The notes below the pieces were generated by a model, which was given only the letters and a program-made list of their open reading frames with translations, searched no databases and was not told where the DNA came from. From the NCBI GenBank assembly GCA_043827405.1, contig JBDRPD010000083.1, positions 141,166-205,165 on the forward strand: a stretch of DNA of 64,000 nt, read 5' to 3'. The position numbers and the translations under genes were made by a program. Shown in pieces: positions 28,140 to 35,639 of the stretch (position 1 is the stretch's first letter; each line of letters begins with the position of its first letter). The stretch comes from Elusimicrobiota bacterium (GTDB taxonomy: Bacteria; Elusimicrobiota; Elusimicrobia; UBA1565).

Positions 28140-29597
28140 TTATTTCGCGGGCCGGACGATGGGCGGGTCGCCGGCCTCTATGATCTCGACGGTCGCGCCC
28201 TTCTCGATCGCGCCGCTGTCGGCGAGCGCCTCGACAATCTGGGTGCCGAACTGCACCCGGCCTTCGGGTTTGAGCGGGCCCAGAGCGAGACCACGGCGCC
28301 CGACGGCCAGCTCGCCCTCCTCCGGAGTGTCGAGCGGCGCGGTGCTCCCCGCGTCGGTGTCGAGCGGGCCGCGATTGAACATCGGCAGGCGGGGGATCAT
28401 GAACAGCAGCGATATGATGCCCGCGACCCCGCCGGCGCCCGCGGCGGCCAGGACCCAGAGAACTTCGCGCAGGCGGTCCCACTCCCAAGGAGCGTGCGGC
28501 ACGACAAAAGGGACGATCATGAGATAGAATCCGATCATCAGGCACAGGAAGCCCCCGATGCCTGCGAGCCCGAAGCCCGGCACCACGAAGATCTCGAGCG
28601 CGATCAGAAACAGTCCGGCCAGGACCAGCAGCAGATCGAACCAGCCCGCCATGTCCGCCAGGTAATGGCCCCAGAAGACCACGATGAAGCAGGCGATGCC
28701 GGCGGCGCCCATCCAGCCGAAGCCGGGCATATGCATCTCGCCGGAGATCAGCATGAAGCCGAGAAATACCAGCAGACTCGTCGCGGCGCTGCCGGTGATG
28801 ATATCAATGAACTTTTCCAGCCCGGTCTTGCGGGCATCGATCAGCGTCGGGTCCGGGATGTTTTCCCGGCGCAGCGCATACGTGATCGAGTCGGCCGGCT
28901 CGGCGAGCCCGTAGCGGATCGCCCGGCGGGCGCTGAGGTTCAGGAGCTTCCCCTTGGCGATGACCAGCTCGGGCTCGCCGCGGATTCGCCCTTCCTTCTT
29001 CAGGCGTTCCAGCTCCGGCGCGGTGACGAAGTGCGTTTCGCCGCCGGCGGTGACGCGATGAACTTCCAGGTCCTTGTCGACCATGGCGGCGGCGAGCGCC
29101 GCCGGGTAATTGTTGCGCTCGGCAAGGGCGCGGAACTTCGCCCGCAGGGCGGAGATGTGCTTCTCTCCCGCCGCCTCCGTTTTGCCGCCGCCGCTCATCA
29201 CGGGAGCGGCGGAGCCGATCGAGGCGCTTGGGGCCATGTAGATTTTGCCGCAGGCGAGCGAGATCAGCGCCCCGGCCGACCAGGCCTTGTCCTCTACCCA
29301 GGCGAATACCGGGATATTGGGCTCCTGCGCCGCGCGGGCGATGTCGAGCGCCGCGTCCACGCGCCCGCCGAAAGTGTCGATGCGCAGGACAACGGCGCGC
29401 GCGTCTTCCCTGCCGGCGAGCGAGCGCCGGACATAGGAGGCGAGGCCATGGGTAATCTCGCCGTCGATATGGATGACCAGAACCTTGCTGCCGGCGGTCG
29501 TGGGAGCGGGTCCGCGGCTGGCGGCGAAGCCGACGGCCGCATAGAGCAGGCCGGCGGCCAATGCGGCCAGCGATCTTGTAAGCGGTTGCGCGTTCAT
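28140..29597 (-). CDS. NfeD-family membrane-bound ClpP-class serine protease with C-terminal OB-fold
   Basis: Signal or TM start MNAQPLTRSLAALAAGLLYAAV. ClpP-like region VLVIHIDGEITHG...DTFGGRVDAALDI...KAWSAGALISLA. Several TM helices, then a C-terminal beta domain. Classic partner of SPFH proteins. ATG overlaps the upstream stop (ATGA). Confidence 0.8.
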   Translation of the reverse strand: MNAQPLTRSLAALAAGLLYAAVGFAASRGPAPTTAGSKVLVIHIDGEITHGLASYVRRSLAGREDARAVVLRIDTFGGRVDAALDIARAAQEPNIPVFAWVEDKAWSAGALISLACGKIYMAPSASIGSAAPVMSGGGKTEAAGEKHISALRAKFRALAERNNYPAALAAAMVDKDLEVHRVTAGGETHFVTAPELERLKKEGRIRGEPELVIAKGKLLNLSARRAIRYGLAEPADSITYALRRENIPDPTLIDARKTGLEKFIDIITGSAATSLLVFLGFMLISGEMHMPGFGWMGAAGIACFIVVFWGHYLADMAGWFDLLLVLAGLFLIALEIFVVPGFGLAGIGGFLCLMIGFYLMIVPFVVPHAPWEWDRLREVLWVLAAAGAGGVAGIISLLFMIPRLPMFNRGPLDTDAGSTAPLDTPEEGELAVGRRGLALGPLKPEGRVQFGTQIVEALADSGAIEKGATVEIIEAGDPPIVRPAK

Positions 29598-31486
29598 GCC
29601 TGAAGGTCCTGCTGCGCCTGTTGGTAGAGGAGCTTGCGTTCCGCCGCGATCATGCCGCGGATGTCCTGCGCGTTCATCTTGAGCTGCCGTCCGAAGGCCA
29701 GCAGGGTGTTCATCTCCGGCCGGGATATCTCGCCGTCGGCGAGGCTCATTTGGATGACGCCGCGGAGGAATATCCGAGCCTCCTCGGGCGTCTTCGGCGC
29801 CGGCACTTCCAGGTGTCCGCTGCGGGCCGCGCTGAGCAGCCCGTCGAGCTTGACCCGCGGTATCGTATGCTTCCTGGCATAGGCCTGCGCGAACGCCAGC
29901 TCCCGCTGGTCGATGCGGCCGTCGAGGATCATCGCCCCGACGAGCACGGCCAGCGCCTGTATGGGCGGCATGGCGCCCGACCAGCCGGCGTCCGCGCCGC
30001 GCGCCGCAACGCTCTCGGCGGCCAGCAGCGGAGTCGGCTGGCGCCACTGGCCGTGGGGCATGATGCCGGTCAGGACCCAGCGGCGGCTGCCGTCGTTGGC
30101 CGGCGAGCCGCAGAACTCGCAGGCGGCCTGCCGGCGCTCCGCGGGCGGCGCGCCGCAGCTCGCGCACAGCAGCGAGCGCAGCCCGGAGCCGGCGTCGGTC
30201 TTGGCGGCGGCCTGGCGGCTAAGGATGAAAACGTGGTGGTTGAGCACCGAGCCCTGAGCGGCGGCTTCGCCGTTATGGACCGCGAATTTCTCGCCGGACC
30301 ATTTGACGAGGACGTGGGCCTTGTCGTCGGGCCGGCCCGCCTCTATCGCGAGGATATCGACGGCGCCCACGGCGGCGCCGCGGTACAGGGCGCGGGTGCG
30401 CGACTGGCTTTCCCGGTGCGCGGCGACCAGCGCCTCCGCGGCTACCGGGACCAGCGAGGAGGCCTCCGGCTCCCAGTGCGCCATCTGCCAGCGCCAGAAG
30501 ACGGCCGAGGCGCGGTCCTCCAGGAACTGAACGTTGAGCGCGGGATCGCGCTGCTTGATCTCCACCAGCCCCGGAATCTGCGCCTCCGAGGTGCGGATGC
30601 GCCATTCGCAGGCTTGGGTGATTTCGGCGAGCACCCAGTCATACTCGCCGGAGCTGACCCAGGAGCCGCAGGCCGCGCATTTGGCGGCGTCGGCGATATC
30701 CAGCGGCGCCCCGCAGTTCGGGCAGAACCCTTCAAGCAGTCCGGGTTTTTTCAGGGTCTGCGCGCCCGGGCGCCGCAGGAAGGACCAGACCTCGATAAAC
30801 TCTTCTTCTTTCCCGGAGCGGTTCTTGACGACGCTGTCGTCGTCCAGCCGCACGTCCTGGTCCACCGCCGAGGCGCGAACGCTTACATGGAGCGTGTCGA
30901 AGTGCGCGTCCGATTCGACATGGACCACGTCGGCTTTGAGAACCCGGACCTCGTGCATGCGGTTGCGGATGCCCATCGCCCGCTGCATGCGGATATAAAT
31001 GGCGAAGCGCTCGTTGATCCCGTCGGAGATGAAGGCGCGCGCCGGGCCCATGTCTTGGTTCGACCAGGCCTCCTGGATGCGCAGGAAGGCCTTCTGCACC
31101 CGGTCGAGAAAGGCGGGCGTGCTGAAGCCCGGGTCGCGCTGATGGATCTTCGCGATGCCGGCCATGATGGCATGGGACTGGGCGCGCGCCGCGCCCTGCA
31201 CGATGGTCCGCTGCGTGCGGCCCTCCCCGTTGATGGCGCCGAATACGCGCAGCATGACGAAGACGCCGATGACGGCGAGCCAGATGACGTTTTCCGTCCG
31301 GCTCATGCGCCGGCTGGAACGGTAGCCGCCGTAGCTGCCGCCGCTGAAACTTCCGCCGCTGAAACCACCGCCGCTGAAGCCTCCGCCGCCGCCCGAATAG
31401 CCGCCGCCGCCGCCGGCGCGGGCGAAGACGATCGGGGGCGCGAACAGGGCGAGCAGAAACAGGGCCAGCGCGAGGCGGCGGATCAC
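29594..31486 (-). CDS. Membrane protein with Gly-rich N-terminus, Tim44-like domain(s), two CxxC zinc ribbons and a C-terminal TerB-like domain
   Basis: Signal-anchor MIRRLALALFLLALFAPPIVFA, then GGGGGYSGGGGGFSGG. Tim44-like region FLDRVQKAFLRIQEAWSNQD...HFDTLHVSV. CPNCG...CAACG and CASCG...CEFCG zinc ribbons. C-terminal TerB-like helices (ILDGRIDQRELAFAQAY...SLADGEISRPEMNTLLAFGRQL). Confidence 0.7.
   Translation of the reverse strand: MIRRLALALFLLALFAPPIVFARAGGGGGYSGGGGGFSGGGFSGGSFSGGSYGGYRSSRRMSRTENVIWLAVIGVFVMLRVFGAINGEGRTQRTIVQGAARAQSHAIMAGIAKIHQRDPGFSTPAFLDRVQKAFLRIQEAWSNQDMGPARAFISDGINERFAIYIRMQRAMGIRNRMHEVRVLKADVVHVESDAHFDTLHVSVRASAVDQDVRLDDDSVVKNRSGKEEEFIEVWSFLRRPGAQTLKKPGLLEGFCPNCGAPLDIADAAKCAACGSWVSSGEYDWVLAEITQACEWRIRTSEAQIPGLVEIKQRDPALNVQFLEDRASAVFWRWQMAHWEPEASSLVPVAAEALVAAHRESQSRTRALYRGAAVGAVDILAIEAGRPDDKAHVLVKWSGEKFAVHNGEAAAQGSVLNHHVFILSRQAAAKTDAGSGLRSLLCASCGAPPAERRQAACEFCGSPANDGSRRWVLTGIMPHGQWRQPTPLLAAESVAARGADAGWSGAMPPIQALAVLVGAMILDGRIDQRELAFAQAYARKHTIPRVKLDGLLSAARSGHLEVPAPKTPEEARIFLRGVIQMSLADGEISRPEMNTLLAFGRQLKMNAQDIRGMIAAERKLLYQQAQQDLQA
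31306..31417 (-). repeat. GGC-rich simple repeat encoding the Gly/Ser-rich segment (GGGGGYSGGGGGFSGGGFSGGSFSGGSYGGY)
   Basis: Runs of gccgcc / ggcggc trinucleotide repeats visible in the DNA. Confidence 0.7.
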
Positions 31487-32748
31487 CGCGGGTTCCCGCC
31501 TTGCTGTTGCTGCTGCTGCCCCATGACCTGATTGAGCATTTCCATGCTTTGACCGAGCATTTCGTTGACGCCGCGCGTGGCTTCGATCATCTCCTTAACG
31601 GTGCCGGCGCGGTCCGCCTTGGGGATATTGGGCAGGGTCTCGACCAATGACTGGCGGATGGGCCCGCTCATTTTCGGCCACTCCTTCACCAGCAGGCTGC
31701 TGGTGCGGCTGTCGAGGAGCAGCAGGGTTTCGTTGGGAGGATGCTGCATTTTCTGGTAGCGCTGCATCTCCTGGATGACGCCCATGGGATTGGTCTGCGC
31801 CTGGTGCATCGCCTGCTGGAAGTCGTTGTTGGCCTGCTCGTCGCCCAGCGCCTGCATCATGGCCGAGGCCGCCTGGATGGCCTGCTGGGGGTTCATCGGC
31901 TGCTGCTGTTGCTGCGTTCCGATGACGGCGGGCGGCCCGCCGAAGGAGGAGCTCTGCTGTGTTGAGATCTGTCCCTGGAAGTTGCCGAGCGACGACTTGA
32001 GGCGCTGGGCGGCTATGGCCGCCGAGATGCTGAGCAGCAGCCAGAAGACCGTTAAGGCGCCGAAGACCAGCCAGGCCTTCTTCTTGTCGACCCGGTGCAG
32101 GCCCGCCGCCGCATGAACGGCAAGGTAGAGCCCGCATAGCTGGGGGATGATCGCTCCGGCATAGGGGATGAGGCCCAGAAGAGAACTAATAGGCATCAGC
32201 GCCGCCATGGCGGCGAAGGCGCCGAAGCTGCCGTTGTAGGAGACGCCGCCGCCGAGGACTTTGCACAGGACGTGGAAGATCGCGGCGCCGATGAAGCTCA
32301 TGATGATCGCCACGATCGGCAGCATGAACAGCCCGCCGGTGGCGGCAGCGATCGTGAAGGGGACCGACTGGGTCTTGGCGTAAACCGTGAAGGCGGACAG
32401 CGGGGCGCTGATCAGCGCCCACAGGATGATGACGACCAGCGGCGGGCCGAAGCCGCCGTTGGGGTTGATGCGGGAAAAGAAAAGCGTGGGCTGCTGGGCC
32501 ATGAATACGGCATTGGCGATCAGCTTGCCGGGCTTGAAATCGATAAACCCGCCGACATCGGCTTCCCGGCCGGGGCCGATGGGCGCCGCGGCGGGCGGCG
32601 GCGGGACGTTTTGTGCCATGACGGCCCGGACCGCTTCCTCGATAGCTTCGGGGGGAAAGCCGTTGCCGGCCAGCGCCGTCTTGAGGCTTTCGATGGGGTA
32701 GCTGCCCATGTTCTGGCGCAGATAGTCGACGATTCTCTGGTCGGGCAT
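31483..32748 (-). CDS. Yip1-domain multi-pass membrane protein with a Gln-rich C-terminal extension
   Basis: Five-TM Yip1-like core (LVVIILWALISAPLSAF...LPIVAIIMSFIGAAIFHVL...). Tail rich in Q (TQQQQQPMNPQQ...QQQQQQGGNPR). The ATG at 32748 is preferred over the TTG at 32784. 4-nt overlap with the downstream gene. Confidence 0.65.
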   Translation of the reverse strand: MPDQRIVDYLRQNMGSYPIESLKTALAGNGFPPEAIEEAVRAVMAQNVPPPPAAAPIGPGREADVGGFIDFKPGKLIANAVFMAQQPTLFFSRINPNGGFGPPLVVIILWALISAPLSAFTVYAKTQSVPFTIAAATGGLFMLPIVAIIMSFIGAAIFHVLCKVLGGGVSYNGSFGAFAAMAALMPISSLLGLIPYAGAIIPQLCGLYLAVHAAAGLHRVDKKKAWLVFGALTVFWLLLSISAAIAAQRLKSSLGNFQGQISTQQSSSFGGPPAVIGTQQQQQPMNPQQAIQAASAMMQALGDEQANNDFQQAMHQAQTNPMGVIQEMQRYQKMQHPPNETLLLLDSRTSSLLVKEWPKMSGPIRQSLVETLPNIPKADRAGTVKEMIEATRGVNEMLGQSMEMLNQVMGQQQQQQGGNPR

Positions 32749-32815
32749 AATAGGCAATATACCGCGCTTTGACGACGGAAGCAAGACCCGGCGGGCCCCC
32801 TAGCGTATTTCCTAT

Positions 32816-34753
32816 ATGCAAGCTATGCTCTTCTCAGCGGTGAAAAAGAAGGGCAATAAAAAGTCGGAAAAATTCGGCACGGTTCTGGGCTGCGCTCCCG
32901 GAAACGTGCCGGTTTACTCGTCGGACTACGGTACGGTCGACAAAGAGCGGCTTCCCACGCGGCATACCTTCCGGAGCTATGTCGATGGGATATTCATGGG
33001 GTACAAATGGCAGTGCGTGGAGTTCGCCCGACGCTGGCTGTACCTGAACCGCGGGTTTGTTTTCGACGATATCGCGATGGCATACGATATATTCCGTCTC
33101 AAATCCGTTCGGGTGGTTAAAGACGGCGCCGTTCTGCCGCTCCACTCGTTCGCCAACGGATCGGCACGGCTTCCCGAACCGGGCTGCCTGCTCATATGGA
33201 ACGAGGGCGGGGAATTCGCGGATGCGGGGCATGTGGCTGTCGTTACGGAAGTTTTTCCCGATCGAATCCGTTTCGTGGAGCAGAATGTCGAGCATGAGTT
33301 ATGGCCGGCAGGACAAAATTATTCCCGGGAGCTGCGCGCAAAAGAAGATGAGAACGGCGGCTACTGGATAGAGTGCTTTTACAGCGGAGCGACCATCCTG
33401 GGCTGGGTCATTCAGACCGGCGATCCGCAGGGGGCGGAAATCTTCCCGGACCTCGATATAGAGCTGCTGAATCTTCAGGCGCGCGAGGTTAAGAACCGCG
33501 GCCAGGCCAACCGATCCTGGCTCAATGTCGCCAATCCCGATGAGGCCGCCTATGTGGCTGTCCAGGGTCACAAGGTGACCGACAGGAAGGACAAGGAGTA
33601 TAAGTATTTTTGTATTTCCGAATCGGCGTACGGCGAGCTCAAGCGGGCGACCAACCAGCTGCATTCCATGTTCATGCACGCCACCGACTATGTGCTGCAG
33701 AATGAAGCGGTGCTGGAGAGGTTTTGCATTCCCCGGCCTCTCTGGTCCAGGCTTCGGCGGTCATGGGACAATCGCCGCAATCAGGCGATAACCGGGAGGC
33801 TTGATTTTTCGGTCTCGGAGAACGGGATAAAAATCTATGAATACAACGCTGATTCCGCCGCCTGCTATATGGAATGCGGAGTCATCCAGACAAAATGGTC
33901 CAAGCACTTCGGCTGCAAGGAAGGATGGTGCGCGGGAGAGAAGCTGCACCGCGAGCTGGTCGACGCCTGGAAGGACAGCGAAGTGGACGGCATCCTGCAT
34001 ATCATGCGGGATAATGATCGCGAGGAGGCTTATCATGCCCTCTTCATGAAAGCGGCGATCGAGCAGGCCGGAATCGAGTGCCGGGTAATCACCGGATGCA
34101 GGGGGCTGTCCTGGGACGCGGACGGACGGGTCATCGATTCGGCGGGCGTTCCCATTCGCTGGGTTTGGAAAACGTGGGCATGGGAAACGGCGCTGGATCA
34201 AATCCGCGCCGAATGCGACGAAGATGATACGCGGGAGCCGCAATCCCTGCTGCGGGGTCCCGCGAGGGGGGCGCCCCGCTTGGTCGACGTGCTGCTGGGA
34301 GAGGATGTTCTGGTTTTTGAGCCCCTCTGGACGCTGATCCCGAGCAACAAGGCGATTCTTCCCGTGCTATGGACCCTGTATCCCGGCCACCCGTACCTGC
34401 TTGATTCACAGTTTGAGCTGACTGCGGAGTTGCGGGGAAAGGGGTTCGTGGCAAAGCCCATCGTGGGGCGCTGCGGGGCCAATATAAGTATTTTCAGCAA
34501 AGACGACTCTCTGGTCTCCCGGACCGGCGGTCAGTTCGAAAAGCGTGAGCAGATCTATCAGGAGTTCTTTCCTCTGCCGAAAATCGACGGCGACAATGTG
34601 CAGGTCGGGACGTTTCCGGTGTCCGGAGTGTTTGCCGGGGCCAACGTCAGAATGGACCCATCTCTCATCCTGGTGTCCGACAGCGACATGCCCGCATTAA
34701 GAGTGGTCAACGACGAGGCGCTGCTGGACGGCGGGCGGCTTAGGGGGTCTTAG
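32816..34753 (+). CDS. gsp: Bifunctional glutathionylspermidine amidase/synthetase
   Basis: N-terminal CHAP amidase (FGTVLGCAPGNVPVYSSDY...KWQCVEFARRW...GHVAVV). C-terminal GSP-synthetase ATP-grasp domain. Length and motif order match E. coli Gss. Confidence 0.88.
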   Translation: MQAMLFSAVKKKGNKKSEKFGTVLGCAPGNVPVYSSDYGTVDKERLPTRHTFRSYVDGIFMGYKWQCVEFARRWLYLNRGFVFDDIAMAYDIFRLKSVRVVKDGAVLPLHSFANGSARLPEPGCLLIWNEGGEFADAGHVAVVTEVFPDRIRFVEQNVEHELWPAGQNYSRELRAKEDENGGYWIECFYSGATILGWVIQTGDPQGAEIFPDLDIELLNLQAREVKNRGQANRSWLNVANPDEAAYVAVQGHKVTDRKDKEYKYFCISESAYGELKRATNQLHSMFMHATDYVLQNEAVLERFCIPRPLWSRLRRSWDNRRNQAITGRLDFSVSENGIKIYEYNADSAACYMECGVIQTKWSKHFGCKEGWCAGEKLHRELVDAWKDSEVDGILHIMRDNDREEAYHALFMKAAIEQAGIECRVITGCRGLSWDADGRVIDSAGVPIRWVWKTWAWETALDQIRAECDEDDTREPQSLLRGPARGAPRLVDVLLGEDVLVFEPLWTLIPSNKAILPVLWTLYPGHPYLLDSQFELTAELRGKGFVAKPIVGRCGANISIFSKDDSLVSRTGGQFEKREQIYQEFFPLPKIDGDNVQVGTFPVSGVFAGANVRMDPSLILVSDSDMPALRVVNDEALLDGGRLRGS

Positions 34754-35639
34754 CCGTCATCGCCAGCTTGAATATCTCGGTCACGTCGCTGGAGAAGGCG
34801 AATTCGAACCGCGGATCCAGCACATAGGCCTTGATTTTCAGCGTCGTGCGCAGCTGCTTTTCCGACGGCGCATCCTGGAACAGCACGACGATCGGCTTGG
34901 CGAGATTTATGTAGCGGGAGGTGACAGCCGCCTCCCATGCGGTGCGTTTCGCCGCGAGCAGGTCGGTTTCCGGCGGCAGCGTGATTTCCGTGACGACCTG
35001 GCAGGTCAGTGCTCCGGAATTGGCGTTCGCTATGATGCGGTTGACGATCTCCGCGTTGGGGACCGTAACCAGATTGTCGTCCGATGTGACGAGCCGCACG
35101 GTGCGCAGCCCAATGCCGACGACCTCGCCGTAGTGTTCTCCGATGCGGATCTTGTCGCCGACCTGGAATGGACGATCCAGGATAATGACCAGCCCGCCGA
35201 AGATATTCTTTAAGATGTCCTGGGAGGCAAAACCGATGGCGACTCCGGAAGCGGTTAGTACGGCGAAAAACGCGTCCCTGGTCGGAGAGAATACCCAGCG
35301 GACGATGATATAGGCGGTGCCCGCCCATACCAGTACGCGGATGATCGGAATGCCCTTTTTGAGGAAGCGGTAGCGCGCGCTGCGTTCCCCGATAAGGTCG
35401 AGCAGGTAAGTGCTGGTTAAGATGGCCAGCCAGGCGAGTGCGAACAAGAGCGCCGCGATGAGGATCTTTAGGGAAAGCCTTGACGCGCCGCGGCGGACCT
35501 CGCCCAGTTTCTGCTGCCCCGTGACCGGCGTCGAAGCGGCCTCCGTCGTCGGCACGGAGACGGCGGCGTGAGATGTCGCGACGGCCGCGAAAGCGGTGGG
35601 GACCAGAAGGACGATAATGAGCGGCAGCGCTTTATGCAT
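34740..35639 (-). CDS. Small-conductance mechanosensitive channel (MscS family)
   Basis: Signal or TM start MHKALPLIIVLLVPTAFA. MscS core (GFASQDILKNIFGGLVIILDRPFQVGDKIRIGEHYGEVVGIGLRTVRL). The 3' end is convergent with and overlaps gsp by 14 nt. Confidence 0.88.
   Translation of the reverse strand: MHKALPLIIVLLVPTAFAAVATSHAAVSVPTTEAASTPVTGQQKLGEVRRGASRLSLKILIAALLFALAWLAILTSTYLLDLIGERSARYRFLKKGIPIIRVLVWAGTAYIIVRWVFSPTRDAFFAVLTASGVAIGFASQDILKNIFGGLVIILDRPFQVGDKIRIGEHYGEVVGIGLRTVRLVTSDDNLVTVPNAEIVNRIIANANSGALTCQVVTEITLPPETDLLAAKRTAWEAAVTSRYINLAKPIVVLFQDAPSEKQLRTTLKIKAYVLDPRFEFAFSSDVTEIFKLAMTAKTP

Noticed and set aside
26366-31531. Plus-strand ORFs 26366-28105 (579 aa), 27642-29603 (653 aa) and 29621-31531 (636 aa)
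   Set aside because: Antisense to the SPFH, NfeD and Tim44/TerB genes, which carry recognisable motifs. The translations are Arg/Gly/Ala-rich with no domains.
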